Of a stretch of DNA of 57,048 nt, positions 1 through 12,296 are shown piece after piece. The number at the start of each line of letters is the position of its first letter. The first letter of the stretch is position 1. The position numbers were made by a program, and so were the translations under genes. Source of the stretch: an uncultured Phycisphaerales bacterium (GTDB taxonomy: Bacteria; Planctomycetota; Phycisphaerae; Phycisphaerales; SM1A02); assembly GCA_938084645.1 (NCBI GenBank), contig CALKEP010000049.1:1-57048 (forward strand). Direction: 5' to 3'. The notes beneath the pieces were generated by a model that saw only the letters and a program-made list of their open reading frames with translations, made no database searches and had not been told where the DNA came from.

Positions 1-831
1 GAGCGCGAGGATCCGGGCCGGAAGGACCATTCGACGAGCACCATTCCGAAACTCGTCGGCGGTATCGAGGCGAATTCGACCTCGCTCGCGTCGGACGTGT
101 ATCGCAAGGGCATCGCCGAAGTCGTCGAAGTCGCCAGCGCCGAGATCGCTGAAAGCGCCAAGCTGCTCGAGAACATCTTCCGAGCCGTCAACATCGCGTT
201 GGTCAACGAGATGAAGACCGTGCTCACTGAAATGGACATCGACGTCTGGGAGGTGGTCCGGGCGGCCAGCACGAAGCCGTTCGGATTCATGCCCTTCTTC
301 CCCGGTCCCGGGCTTGGCGGCCACTGCATCCCGATCGACCCCTTCTACCTCACGTGGAAGGCGAAGGAAGTCGGATGCTCGACCCGCTTCATCGAACTTG
401 CAGGGCAGGTCAACACCGCAATGCCCGAGTACGTGATCGATCGCGTGGCCGGTGCCTTGAACGAACATGCGAAGCCGATCAAGGGATCGAAGATCCTGGT
501 CATGGGGCTCGCCTACAAGCCGGACGTCGACGACACGCGAGAGAGCCCCTCCTTCGAGCTCATCAAGATCCTCGAGGACCGCGGTGCGGAAGTCGAGTAC
601 AGCGATCCCCACATCGCAGAGACGCCCCGGGTTCGACGTCATGACCTGAAGATGACGAGCGTCGACATGACGCCGGAGAACATCGCGTCCTTCGATTGCA
701 TCCTCGTCTCGACCAATCACGCCGCCTTCGACTACGCGATGGTCGCCGAACATGCGAAGCTCGTGGTCGACACCCGCGACGCGATGCGTGAACACCATGA
801 CGCCATGGGCGAACGACTCGTCCTCGCCTGA
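1..831 (+). CDS. Nucleotide sugar dehydrogenase (UDP-GlcNAc/UDP-ManNAc 6-dehydrogenase, WbpA/WecC family), 5'-truncated by window edge
   Basis: Frame is open from base 1 (EREDPGRK..PKLVGG). Motifs AESAKLLENIFRAVNIALVNE, catalytic GPGLGGHCIPIDP and GLAYKPDVDDTRESP. Confidence 0.93.
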   Translation, partial: EREDPGRKDHSTSTIPKLVGGIEANSTSLASDVYRKGIAEVVEVASAEIAESAKLLENIFRAVNIALVNEMKTVLTEMDIDVWEVVRAASTKPFGFMPFFPGPGLGGHCIPIDPFYLTWKAKEVGCSTRFIELAGQVNTAMPEYVIDRVAGALNEHAKPIKGSKILVMGLAYKPDVDDTRESPSFELIKILEDRGAEVEYSDPHIAETPRVRRHDLKMTSVDMTPENIASFDCILVSTNHAAFDYAMVAEHAKLVVDTRDAMREHHDAMGERLVLA

Positions 832-854
832 CCATCGAAGACACCTCGCTCATC

Positions 855-895
855 ACGTCCCCGCGACGGCGTTCACGCCCTCGCGGGGACGTTTG
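855..895 (+). terminator. Putative intrinsic terminator hairpin
   Basis: ACGTCCCCGCGA...TCGCGGGGACGT inverted repeat with inner GGCG-TTCA-CGCC stem, 24 nt after the stop codon; only a short T tail. Confidence 0.55.
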
Positions 896-1132
896 CGATC
901 GTGACGACCGATCTGCCCGGCGATCGAGCGCTCCCCCCGGCGAATCACCCGAAGTCCCTCGCCGCGAGCGAGTCCGCTTCCACGCGATCACGGCCTCCGG
1001 CGGATTCGTCCCGCCTCATGACCGAACCCACGCGTCCGCGACTGAAACGGCCGACGATCATCGAAATCCCCCGCGAACCGGACGATGCCTTAGAATCCTC
1101 GCCCGCGATCCCGACCGGGACCGCGTTCGTGA

Positions 1133-3388
<2,256 letters not shown>

Positions 3389-3399
3389 GAGGGTTTTCG

Positions 3400-3702
3400 T
3401 CAAGCCACCTGGATGGCATCAACGATTCTTTCTTCGTGCCCATTGCGAAAGACGTCGCTGTGACCGAGATCGGGAAGATCGATCTCAGGCAGTCTCTGGA
3501 TCTCACGCCCGAGTGTCTCGATCGATGCGGATCCCACATCGATGCCCGAGAGAGAACGCCCGAAACGCCATCGCGGCAGTTCGATCAATCTTTCATGGAC
3601 CTCCGAGGCCGTCCCCGTCGCATAGCGCACGTCGTATACCGCCTGCTGCTTCCGCCAGTGGAGGATCCCGCACGTATGACGGATCTCAGGGGAGACTCTC
3701 AT
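3400..3702 (-). CDS. Hypothetical 100-aa protein (possibly a hydrolase C-terminal remnant)
   Basis: Fills the gap between convergent genes. CACGTT-N6-ATG upstream fits the leaderless pattern. GHSD motif near the C-terminus. Confidence 0.35.
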   Translation of the reverse strand: MRVSPEIRHTCGILHWRKQQAVYDVRYATGTASEVHERLIELPRWRFGRSLSGIDVGSASIETLGREIQRLPEIDLPDLGHSDVFRNGHEERIVDAIQVA

Positions 3703-3804
3703 GGGAACAACGTGTTAAACCGCTCTCGCCGGCGAATCGAGTTCCCACGCACCGCCAGACTCAACTTCGCGCCCACCTGCTGATGCTCACCGCTTCTCGG
3801 TGCC

Positions 3805-6800
3805 TCATCGCCCGGGCGACGTCTCCCGAGCCCACGCCCGAACCAGACGTTCCAGATCCGACTCGTCGGCTTCCCCCGTCGGACCGAAGTACCTTCGTTC
3901 GATGTCTGCGATCGCGGTTCGCAATTCTCCTCGGCGTTCCGGGGCGAGGCGATCACCGAACCGATCGTCGATGCGCTTGAGAGCGGCCACCGACGCGAAC
4001 GGCGACCAACGCGACGGAAGCATCGACTCGACATCCTCGGTCGCGCCCCCATCCCCTCGCCCTCGCCGCACGAGGAGGAGCGCCATCGCCACGCAGATCG
4101 CGGCACACGCGCCGAGAATCACGGCGAGCGCCCACCGAGGACCTCGTCGGAGCGGGACCGTGTCACCTTCGGCAGCCACGAGATCCATGTCCTCGAACAC
4201 CCGGACGACGAGCTCACCGTCGATCCCGGCCGCGAATTGCGGGACGTCGAAGTCCCCCGAGGTGGTCGCCCCGGCCTCCGGCTCGTACCGGATCGACCAT
4301 CGACGCTCGGTCATCTGACGCTGCACCCCGTCCGCATCGGGCGCCTGGAACTCCTTGTCGTCGTCCGCGTTCGCCATGAAACGGAAGACGACCTCGTCGT
4401 CCATCGACGCCTCGACCATCGCGAGCGGAAACGCCTCGATGCCGTCGTCGGCGATCCGGTAGCCCGCGATCGCATCCTCGACCCCCGTGAGGATCTCGTC
4501 GAGATCCCCCACCACGCCTCGGCCCCGGGCGGTGATCTCGAGCAACACTGCGCCGTCCGGATCACGGGCGTCGAGGACCTGGTCCACCGCGAGTTCCGAG
4601 CGAGGACGTTCCGGCGCCACGGAGGCGGCGTCGATCGGTGGCGAGTTGGATTCCACCGCGAGAATCACCGGGCCGGTCTGATCGATGAAGTCGAGGTCCA
4701 TGCGGATCGGTGGGATCCGCTCCAGGCTCGGGTCCATCGCCCGCAGCACGAGATACGCGAGCGGCTTCTCCTGCCAGCCCGCCTCCCCGTCCTCCCGGAC
4801 CTCGACGGAAGGGTGCATCGAATCGAAGAAACCGACGCCTTCGAGTTCGAATCCGTCCTTGAGGGAGTCACGGATCGATCGCTCCAATCGGTCCCGGTAG
4901 TTCACCGAGGTGCCACGGTTTCCGAGATTGACGTACACGCCGTTCTGGAGGTACTTCGCGAAGCCGTCGGTCTCCCGGTCGACCGCGTTGGTGTATCGGA
5001 GGGCGAGCACCGCCGCGAACGCTTCGTCGGTTCCGACCCGGTCCGGACCGTCGACCGTGAGCCGAAGGTGGATCTCGTCGTCGATGAGGTCCTCGTAGAG
5101 GGCGTTGATCCGTCGAAGCGGCGCGGCGGCCGGGTGATCGCCGACCACCCGCAGTGCGTGCCGGACGATCCGCGGCTTCACTTCCGGGTTGAGTCCGTCG
5201 ACCGCCGCGGAGAGATCGCCCGCGAGCAGGCCGAGGTGCGCTTCGGCGAGGCCGGGCTCCATCCCGAGCATCGCGGCGCGGATCCGACCGATCTGCTCGT
5301 CGCGTTCGGATCCTTCGAGCAGGATGTTGTCCCGGGTGACTTCGGCGAGATCGGTCGCCCCGATCGCCGCGTTGAACCAGGCCCGGAAGACGACCGGGGA
5401 GGGCTTCTCTTCGCCGCGGCCCGCGGCCGCCGCATAGGCCAGTGCCGCACGTTCGAACGCTTCGAAACTCTCGTCCCGGAGTCGCGCGTAGTCCGCGAGG
5501 TCGTCATCGTTCATCGAACGACGATGCTCGAGCCGCTCGAAGGCGAGGGCGGCGCGACGCACCGCGTGCTCCCAGGAGTCCGGCTCGACGTCGAGGGCCC
5601 GGTCGATGAGTCGCATCGCGAGCTCGTATCCCGTCTCGACCACTTCCGCGATCTCGGCGCCGTTCCGACGCATTCCGAACCGCTGCTGGACTTCCCGAGA
5701 TCGCCAGCCACCGCTCAATCCACCCTGCATCGCGGCGGCCAGCTGGGCGGCGGTCGCCGGCGGCAATTCCTCGATCGGGCCGAGGATCCGGACGATGTCC
5801 GCCTCGGTGTAGGCCTCGGAGGCGCTGTGGCATCCCTGGAACGCCTCGACCACCCCGCTGACCGCCCGAGGATCGACGCCACGCTCGGCCATGAGATCGA
5901 GCACCCGCCGCAGTCGATCGAGATTCCGAGCCTGACGCCCCCGGGTCAGCGGCGCCGCGGCCATGCCGACCCGGCCGCCGTAGGCGAAGATCGCGGCGGA
6001 GATCGCGGCGTTCTGGCTGCTGCCCGCATTCGGCCGCAATCGCGCCGTCCAGAGATTCAGGAACTCACCACCCATCTCCTCCGCTTCGTCCGGATGCTTC
6101 GCGATCCCCTCCTCGAGGATGTCGAGCGCCACGTCGATCTCGTCGGCCCGCGTCGCGACCCCGGTGAATGCTCGATAGGCCCGAACCGCGAGACTCGGTT
6201 CGATCGAATCGAGCCAGGTCTCCTCGGGTTTCGCCCGCATCAGCATCGCGATGCCCTTGGGCGGTCCGCCTCGGACGCCCTTCGCGGTCGTCGCCGCCTC
6301 GGCCTCCGCCACGAGGCCCGTGGTCAGCATCCGCATGGGGACCCGGATCACCTCCGACTCGACCCGCCCCGAATCGAGCAGGGTCTCGACCGCGGACTTC
6401 ATCACCAGGATCGCCCGAGCCCGCTCCGCCTCACCGAGATTGCTCTTGCGGAGGTTCATCGCGTCGAGCGCGATCACCTCGAGGGCGGCCGCCGCCAGCC
6501 GCTCGCTTGCGAACACCGCCTCGAGCCACGCCGTCGCCTGCGCTTCCGGAATCTCGGGAAGTCGCTTCACCGCGGCTCGCAGCGCCTCCTGACGCACCTC
6601 GAAGTCGGCGGACTCGATCAGGGCCAGTTCGCCGAAGAGCTCCCAGGCCTGCAGCGTCTCGTCGCGATCGGCGTGATAGATCCCGTGGATGAGCAGCCCT
6701 CGCGCATCCTGCTGTTCACGAACCCGATCGATCGGCGGCAGGTAGACGTACGCCTCGTCGGGCATGCCGGCCCGGGCCAGCAGCGCCGCGGTGCGGGGAT

Positions 6801-7674
6801 GGTTCGCTTCATCCTCGCCGCCGAAGAGCCGGGTGCCCGCCCGGATCTCCCCAAGCATCGGCCCGGTCGAGGACTTCGTGGACGCCCGCTTCAGGAGCTT
6901 GCCCAGGACGTCGATCTGCCAGTCGGTCGGTTCACCGGGGGCTGCATTCGCGAGGGCGAGGACCTCCTCCGGCAGGAGCATCGGATCACCCTGATTGGTC
7001 GACTGGATGACGTGCGAGTAGATTCCGGGCGCCTCGTCGCCCGCTCGCTCCGCGAGGAACCACGCAAGCACGTCCCACTCCCCCGCCATCACGTTCAGAT
7101 GCAGCCACTCGGCGACCTCGGCGGGCTTCGCCTGCTCATCGGGTCGATCCTGTTGCGCGAGCCCGAGTTTCGTGCGGGCGGCAAGCACGGCCTGCGGCGT
7201 CCGAGCGAACTTCTTGCGGCTGATCGACGGAAGAAGCGGCGGCGCCTTGCCCGCCGCGGCATCGAGCTCGGCGAAGCGGGCGAGCAGATCGATCTCGAGC
7301 GCCTCGTAGAAGGCGCGCATGGCCATCTGCTCGTCGGGCGGCAGGGCGTCATGGAGCCGTCGCAGACGGGCGACTTCGTCCGGTCCCGGCGAATCATCCG
7401 TCGCCTCGCCTGGAGTCGGCTCGCCTCCATCCGCCGGGTCCGGCATCACGGCCCCGGGATCCGCATCGGTGACGTCCACGGGCGTCGCCGGCGCCATCGG
7501 CCGAGCCGGCGTGAGCGGCACGGCCCGGACCCGCGTCGGCTTCGCCTGCATCGCCGCCGCGGCCGCCGGCGCACCAAGCAACACCATGGCCGATGCGACC
7601 GATGCCACGGAGGCGAGCAGAAGACTGGAGAGGCCCGTCCGGCCGAGGGTTCGATGGTTCACGGTGCTGTGCAT
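3805..7674 (-). CDS. Very large exported, C-terminally membrane-anchored protein; helical/TPR-like body and BatD-like C-terminus (alternative start 7725)
   Basis: Long ORF with genome-typical codon use. N-terminal hydrophobic signal, single TM (WALAVILGACAAICVAMALLLVRR) near the C-terminus. Last gene of the MoxR-VWA run; AGGA upstream of ATG 7674. Confidence 0.8.
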   Translation of the reverse strand: MHSTVNHRTLGRTGLSSLLLASVASVASAMVLLGAPAAAAAMQAKPTRVRAVPLTPARPMAPATPVDVTDADPGAVMPDPADGGEPTPGEATDDSPGPDEVARLRRLHDALPPDEQMAMRAFYEALEIDLLARFAELDAAAGKAPPLLPSISRKKFARTPQAVLAARTKLGLAQQDRPDEQAKPAEVAEWLHLNVMAGEWDVLAWFLAERAGDEAPGIYSHVIQSTNQGDPMLLPEEVLALANAAPGEPTDWQIDVLGKLLKRASTKSSTGPMLGEIRAGTRLFGGEDEANHPRTAALLARAGMPDEAYVYLPPIDRVREQQDARGLLIHGIYHADRDETLQAWELFGELALIESADFEVRQEALRAAVKRLPEIPEAQATAWLEAVFASERLAAAALEVIALDAMNLRKSNLGEAERARAILVMKSAVETLLDSGRVESEVIRVPMRMLTTGLVAEAEAATTAKGVRGGPPKGIAMLMRAKPEETWLDSIEPSLAVRAYRAFTGVATRADEIDVALDILEEGIAKHPDEAEEMGGEFLNLWTARLRPNAGSSQNAAISAAIFAYGGRVGMAAAPLTRGRQARNLDRLRRVLDLMAERGVDPRAVSGVVEAFQGCHSASEAYTEADIVRILGPIEELPPATAAQLAAAMQGGLSGGWRSREVQQRFGMRRNGAEIAEVVETGYELAMRLIDRALDVEPDSWEHAVRRAALAFERLEHRRSMNDDDLADYARLRDESFEAFERAALAYAAAAGRGEEKPSPVVFRAWFNAAIGATDLAEVTRDNILLEGSERDEQIGRIRAAMLGMEPGLAEAHLGLLAGDLSAAVDGLNPEVKPRIVRHALRVVGDHPAAAPLRRINALYEDLIDDEIHLRLTVDGPDRVGTDEAFAAVLALRYTNAVDRETDGFAKYLQNGVYVNLGNRGTSVNYRDRLERSIRDSLKDGFELEGVGFFDSMHPSVEVREDGEAGWQEKPLAYLVLRAMDPSLERIPPIRMDLDFIDQTGPVILAVESNSPPIDAASVAPERPRSELAVDQVLDARDPDGAVLLEITARGRGVVGDLDEILTGVEDAIAGYRIADDGIEAFPLAMVEASMDDEVVFRFMANADDDKEFQAPDADGVQRQMTERRWSIRYEPEAGATTSGDFDVPQFAAGIDGELVVRVFEDMDLVAAEGDTVPLRRGPRWALAVILGACAAICVAMALLLVRRGRGDGGATEDVESMLPSRWSPFASVAALKRIDDRFGDRLAPERRGELRTAIADIERRYFGPTGEADESDLERLVRAWARETSPGR

Positions 7675-7776
7675 GTCGTTCTCATTCCTGGTCGTCGTGG
7701 TCGTCATGGTCTTCTTGGCCTGCATGTGTCACTGGGTTCGATGTTCCACCAATGCATCGGGTTTCGATCTCGTTTC

Positions 7777-8670
7777 CTACCAGCCCGGCCCGATCGGTCC
7801 CGGACCGCCCGCGCCCCGACCGTCACGACGCGTCGGCGGACGTTGCGAGACGCCCTCCTGTCCCTGTCCGGGACGACGCCCGCGGGTCCCCCGCGGACTC
7901 TCTCGCGGCAGGGCGCGGCCCTCGAGTTCGGACTTGTCCATCTGCTCGAGATCGATCGTTCGCTCGACGTTGTCTTCGAGTCCCCGGACCACGGTCGCCT
8001 CCGCCCCCGACGCCGCCGCGGTTTCCGCAAGCAGCCGGAAGTGCTGCCGTGCCTTGATCGCCTCCGCCCGCCAGACCCGGGCGGGCTCGCCCGCCATGCG
8101 AAGCAGGCGGGCACCGAAGTAGTGCGCGGTCGCGAGCTCCTCGCGAGCCGCTCGAGCGAGCTCCACGTCGCGCGGTCCGTCCGAGCGGGGAACCACCAGT
8201 GTTTCAAGATCGACGACACCGTCCCAGATCGCGCCCGATCGGACGAGGGCCCGGGCCTTCGACCAGCGGATTCGATCGATGGTGCGGGGATCATCGTCGA
8301 CGAGTCGTTCCTCGACCTGGGCATAGGCGTCCGCGACCGACGCCCACGCGGTCGAGGCCGCTTCGTAGGCGATGCGCTCCCGATCGTCGGCCGCGATGGC
8401 GTCTGCATCCTCGTCCGGTGACTCGTCCACCTCGTCCCCGTCGAGAAACGCCTCCCGACGACGTTCGATCGTCTCGAGATGCGCGCGATACGCCTCCGCC
8501 TGGAGTTCGATCGCCTGCCGCTCCAGTTCGCTCGCCTCGCGAAACCGGGTGGCCGCGATCTCCCGCGCCGCGAGCGTCTTGCCGGGACCGAAGTGGAACG
8601 CGAGCAGGGCGACCGGGACCAGTGCCCACGCCGACCATCCGAGTCGTCGCATCAGTTCGGTTCGACGCAT
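7777..8670 (-). CDS. Hypothetical membrane-anchored helical (TPR-like, BatC-position) protein
   Basis: N-terminal TM (WSAWALVPVALLAFHFG), Ala/Glu/Arg-rich helices, Gly-rich tail. Start is coupled to the upstream stop (TGATG). Confidence 0.75.
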   Translation of the reverse strand: MRRTELMRRLGWSAWALVPVALLAFHFGPGKTLAAREIAATRFREASELERQAIELQAEAYRAHLETIERRREAFLDGDEVDESPDEDADAIAADDRERIAYEAASTAWASVADAYAQVEERLVDDDPRTIDRIRWSKARALVRSGAIWDGVVDLETLVVPRSDGPRDVELARAAREELATAHYFGARLLRMAGEPARVWRAEAIKARQHFRLLAETAAASGAEATVVRGLEDNVERTIDLEQMDKSELEGRALPRESPRGTRGRRPGQGQEGVSQRPPTRRDGRGAGGPGPIGPGW

Positions 8671-9662
8671 CAGGAAAGCTCCTCCATGCCACGCCAGCCC
8701 CGGGACCAGGAACGCGGCCTTCCGACGATGGAAAGCAGCGGCCCAAGCAGCGCGAGCGCGGCCACGCCCGCCACCGACGCGTGGATCGCGAGTTCGCGCA
8801 GTCCGTCCCCGTCGGAGAGTCGCGGCTCGATCATCGTCAGCTCCTCGAGCAGTCGACTCGGGGGATGCCGGGTGTTTCCCTGGTGGTAGATCCCGCCGAG
8901 CCGGGCCGCGAGCTGCTTGAGCGAGACCGTGTCCTGCCGCGAGGCGTGTCCACCGACGGACATCGTCTGCTGAGTGTCGCCCACCCCGACGACCAGCACA
9001 TCCGCGATCGACGCCGGCAGGGCCGGAATCGCGGTGGAGGTCAGTTCATCGCCATCGCTGACCACCAGCAACGTGGCGGTGCCGGGCATCCACGATCTTG
9101 CGGTTTCGAGCGACTTCGCGACACCCTCGGTGATCTTCGTCGCCCCCGACTCGAAGGCCGTCGACATCGGCAGGCCGTCGAGCGCGTTCCGCACCACCTC
9201 CTTGTCGAAGGTCTCCGTGAGCACCGGAAGGGCGTCCGTGTAGAAGGCGACCAGCGACACCCGGGTGGTCGAGGCGTCGAGTCGGTCGAGGACCCCCTGC
9301 ACGATCCGACCCGCGCGAATCGCCCGTGACTCCTTCTCCGCATCCGGCCCCGCATCGACCAGTTGCATCGAGGGCGAGACGTCGAGGGCGATCAGCAGGT
9401 GTCGGGACGCTTCCCGGGTCGGCGTCTCCTCCCGCACCGACGGATCCGCGGACGCCAGCACGAGCAGTCCCCAGGTCGCCGCAGTCGCGGCGAACACGCG
9501 GAGCGGCGATGCGATCGAGGTCCACGCCGCCGGTCGACCCTCGGGGCCGAAGGCGAGGTGCGCGACCCGCCGGATCCGGCGGCGGTGCACCAGTTCGGCG
9601 AGCAGCACCAGGGCGCCGACCGCGATGGCGATCCAGAGGGCGACGAGCGGGGTGATCACCAT
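8670..9662 (-). CDS. VWA domain membrane protein (BatB-like)
   Basis: N-terminal TMs, MIDAS DVSPSM, LLVVSDGD, C-terminal TM. Confidence 0.88.
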   Translation of the reverse strand: MVITPLVALWIAIAVGALVLLAELVHRRRIRRVAHLAFGPEGRPAAWTSIASPLRVFAATAATWGLLVLASADPSVREETPTREASRHLLIALDVSPSMQLVDAGPDAEKESRAIRAGRIVQGVLDRLDASTTRVSLVAFYTDALPVLTETFDKEVVRNALDGLPMSTAFESGATKITEGVAKSLETARSWMPGTATLLVVSDGDELTSTAIPALPASIADVLVVGVGDTQQTMSVGGHASRQDTVSLKQLAARLGGIYHQGNTRHPPSRLLEELTMIEPRLSDGDGLRELAIHASVAGVAALALLGPLLSIVGRPRSWSRGWRGMEELS

Positions 9663-10564
9663 GGGGTGTACCTCCCCCAGCAGAGGCCCACGAGGTGCCC
9701 CCCGAGTCCGACCAACCCCAGCACCGCGAACGGTGCGAAGAAGTCCATGGGAACGGTGCCCCCCGGCGCGAATCGATCGGGCCGAAGCCGGGAGATCTGC
9801 TCGAAGACCCGCTCCAACCCCTTCGAATCCGTCGCGACGAATGCCTCGCCGCCGGTTTCGCGGGCCAGATCCTGCACCACCGCCGGCACCGAACCGTTGC
9901 CGACGTGCACGTGGTGGACCATGATGTTCGATGCGTTGAGATCGTCGGCGAGGGCGAGGGCGGCACCCGAATCCGAGAGATCGCTGCTCACCCCGTCCGA
10001 GACGAGGATGATCATCCGATCACCGTCCTCGGACTCCACCACCATGTTCCCGAGGCAGAATTCGAGGGCGCGGCCGATCCGAGTCCCCCCCATGTGCATC
10101 GGTTGCCGCTGGGGATCGGCGAACGGCAGCGCGTTCCGGATCGCTTCAAGGTCGCGGGTCAGCGGAACCCAGCGGATCGGATACGACCCGAACAGCGTCA
10201 GGCCGAACGCGTCGCCGTCGCGGGCGTCGATGAATTCGACGACCGCATCCCGGGCCATTTCATACCGCCGGCCGGAGGACATGCTTCCCGAGACGTCGAA
10301 ACAGAACTGGATGTTCGTCAGGACGCGCTGATCGGCGGGACGTCGCAGTACCTGCGGGCCCGCCAGGATGAAGACGACGCCGATCAGGGCGATCGCCGGC
10401 AGGGAATCGAACGTGGCGAGGAGCCAGCGGATCGCCCGGCCGGATCCATGGTGCTGGTGGTCGAAGGGAAGCACGACGCCCCAGTTTCGACGTTGCCAGG
10501 CCCAGACCAGCAGGATCGCGGGTACGGCGAGCAGCAACAACACCCCGGGATGCGTGAAACTCAT
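9656..10564 (-). CDS. VWA domain membrane protein (BatA-like)
   Basis: BatA-type N-terminus MSFTHPGVLLLLAVP, MIDAS DVSGSM, GTRIGRAL, IILVSDG, LARETGGEAF. Confidence 0.9.
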   Translation of the reverse strand: MSFTHPGVLLLLAVPAILLVWAWQRRNWGVVLPFDHQHHGSGRAIRWLLATFDSLPAIALIGVVFILAGPQVLRRPADQRVLTNIQFCFDVSGSMSSGRRYEMARDAVVEFIDARDGDAFGLTLFGSYPIRWVPLTRDLEAIRNALPFADPQRQPMHMGGTRIGRALEFCLGNMVVESEDGDRMIILVSDGVSSDLSDSGAALALADDLNASNIMVHHVHVGNGSVPAVVQDLARETGGEAFVATDSKGLERVFEQISRLRPDRFAPGGTVPMDFFAPFAVLGLVGLGGHLVGLCWGRYTPW

Positions 10565-11400
10565 GGTGCCGCCTCCCGCACGGGTTCGCGGTACGGGGCG
10601 AGAAGTTCACCGAGCTCCGCGGCCGACGGCGTCCGTCCGCCCGGCGCATGCAGCCATGATTCGACGCGGCGGAGCAGTCGGCCGGCTTCCGGATCGGTCC
10701 GAATCCGCCGAACCGCTTCGACCGGATCGTCCGCGAGTCCGAGTCGGCCCCGCCAGTGGGCGTGAAGCAGCAGTTCGAGTCGCCCCCGCTCCTCGACGGT
10801 GAGTTCCCGATCCACCGCCCGACGGACGAGCGGCTCGAGACGATCGAGCACGGTGGGCGACGGCGCGACGATCGGGGGCGGTGGTGGTCGACGGAGCCAC
10901 CGGCGGATCGCCACCGCGACCGGCACCAGGATCCAGATCACCGCGACGACGAAGAGCAACCTTCGATAACCACCCACGATGCTCGCGGGCGGCGCCTCGG
11001 CGAGAAAGACGTCGCTCGGCGCGTCGGTCGCGAGGTTCGAGACGATCTCGATCATCAAGGGCGGGATCCGATCGATCGAACCGCCGTCGTCGAAGACCAG
11101 GGACTCCCGGAGATCGAAGACGCCGGCGTCCACCCCGATGAACTCCAGTTCGGTGATCCATCGTCCATCGTCGGCGTGATCTCGATCCGCGACCCGGACG
11201 AGGATCGAGGAATCAAGATCGAGATCCGGCCGACCGCGCACGTGGCCATGCTCGCTCTCGACCACGATCCGGCCGGTGATCCCCCGCGTCGCGGCGTCGC
11301 CGTCCAACGTCGATGACCCCGCCGCGGCGGCCGACATCAGCAGAAACCCCATCAGCATCGAGAACCCGCGATGCGGCGTCGGGCAGGATCGTCGACTCAT
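10561..11400 (-). CDS. Hypothetical single-pass membrane protein of the MoxR operon
   Basis: ATG 11400 overlaps the DUF58 stop (ATGA). Signal-like segment, TM LLFVVAVIWILVPVAVAI followed by a poly-Pro linker. Confidence 0.72.
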   Translation of the reverse strand: MSRRSCPTPHRGFSMLMGFLLMSAAAAGSSTLDGDAATRGITGRIVVESEHGHVRGRPDLDLDSSILVRVADRDHADDGRWITELEFIGVDAGVFDLRESLVFDDGGSIDRIPPLMIEIVSNLATDAPSDVFLAEAPPASIVGGYRRLLFVVAVIWILVPVAVAIRRWLRRPPPPPIVAPSPTVLDRLEPLVRRAVDRELTVEERGRLELLLHAHWRGRLGLADDPVEAVRRIRTDPEAGRLLRRVESWLHAPGGRTPSAAELGELLAPYREPVREAAP

Positions 11401-12296
11401 GCTCGACCTCCGCCCGTCCCCGCGCGAGCCGCGAGAAAGTGTCGGAGCGGCGGCAGCACCGGCCGGTCGACGTCCAGCATCAGAAATCCGGCCCCCGCCC
11501 GCGCCAGTCGGCGTCCGACGTCTTCGGCGTCCTCCCCGGTGCCACCGTTCCGCCAACGGGTCCGACCGGTTCCGACGAAGACCCGACCGGTCTCCGCCTC
11601 GCGGCCACGGATGAAGCCGGCGCGAAGCCGCTCCCGCTCCGCCGGATCGCGCAGGCGAAGCACCACCACGTCGTGCCGCTGGGCCGCCTGTCGGATCGCA
11701 TCGACGGCATCGAGGTCGTGCAGATCGCTGAGCACCACGACCATGCTGGCCCGGCGGGCCCGGGCCATGAGTTCACGGATCCGCGCTCCCACCCGGGTGG
11801 CCTCGTCGACCCGACCGACACGAAGCGGCTCGATGCCCTGCCAGAGATCCGAACGCAGCAGACTGGGTTCGACGCGGGTTCGACGGTCCCCGCCACCGAT
11901 CACGGAACAGGGGCTCAGGCGTCGCTGGGCGAGCACCCCGATCGCGGCGGCCAGCCAGATCGCCAGATCCTGCTTGGTGATTCGCGTGGACCCGACGGCC
12001 ATCGACGCGGACGTGTCGACCACGATGTTCACGTCGACCCGTTTCAGCGCCTCGTATTCCTTGACGTAGGTGCGGCTGGTGCGGGCCGACATCCGCCAGT
12101 CGATCTGCTTGACGGGATCCCCAGGTTCGTAGGGACGGGACTGGGCGTATTCGAGGCCGGAACCGGTGAACAACGACGTGTCGGTGCCGAACGCGAGGTC
12201 ATCGGCGAGTCGACGCACCACCATCTCGAAGTCGCCGTGAGCGAGTTCCTCGGGTGGGCCGAGCGTCGGACCGGGATGGTCGAGCCCGATTGACAT
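11397..12296 (-). CDS. DUF58 domain protein
   Basis: GSGLEYAQSRPYEPGDPVKQIDWRMSAR, VVDTSASM, VVVLSD; directly follows moxR. Confidence 0.93.
   Translation of the reverse strand: MSIGLDHPGPTLGPPEELAHGDFEMVVRRLADDLAFGTDTSLFTGSGLEYAQSRPYEPGDPVKQIDWRMSARTSRTYVKEYEALKRVDVNIVVDTSASMAVGSTRITKQDLAIWLAAAIGVLAQRRLSPCSVIGGGDRRTRVEPSLLRSDLWQGIEPLRVGRVDEATRVGARIRELMARARRASMVVVLSDLHDLDAVDAIRQAAQRHDVVVLRLRDPAERERLRAGFIRGREAETGRVFVGTGRTRWRNGGTGEDAEDVGRRLARAGAGFLMLDVDRPVLPPLRHFLAARAGTGGGRA

Noticed and set aside
4237..8421. 1394-aa plus-strand ORF
   Set aside because: Antisense shadow of the real minus-strand genes; Arg/His/Gly-rich with no motifs, which is typical of high-GC codon bias.
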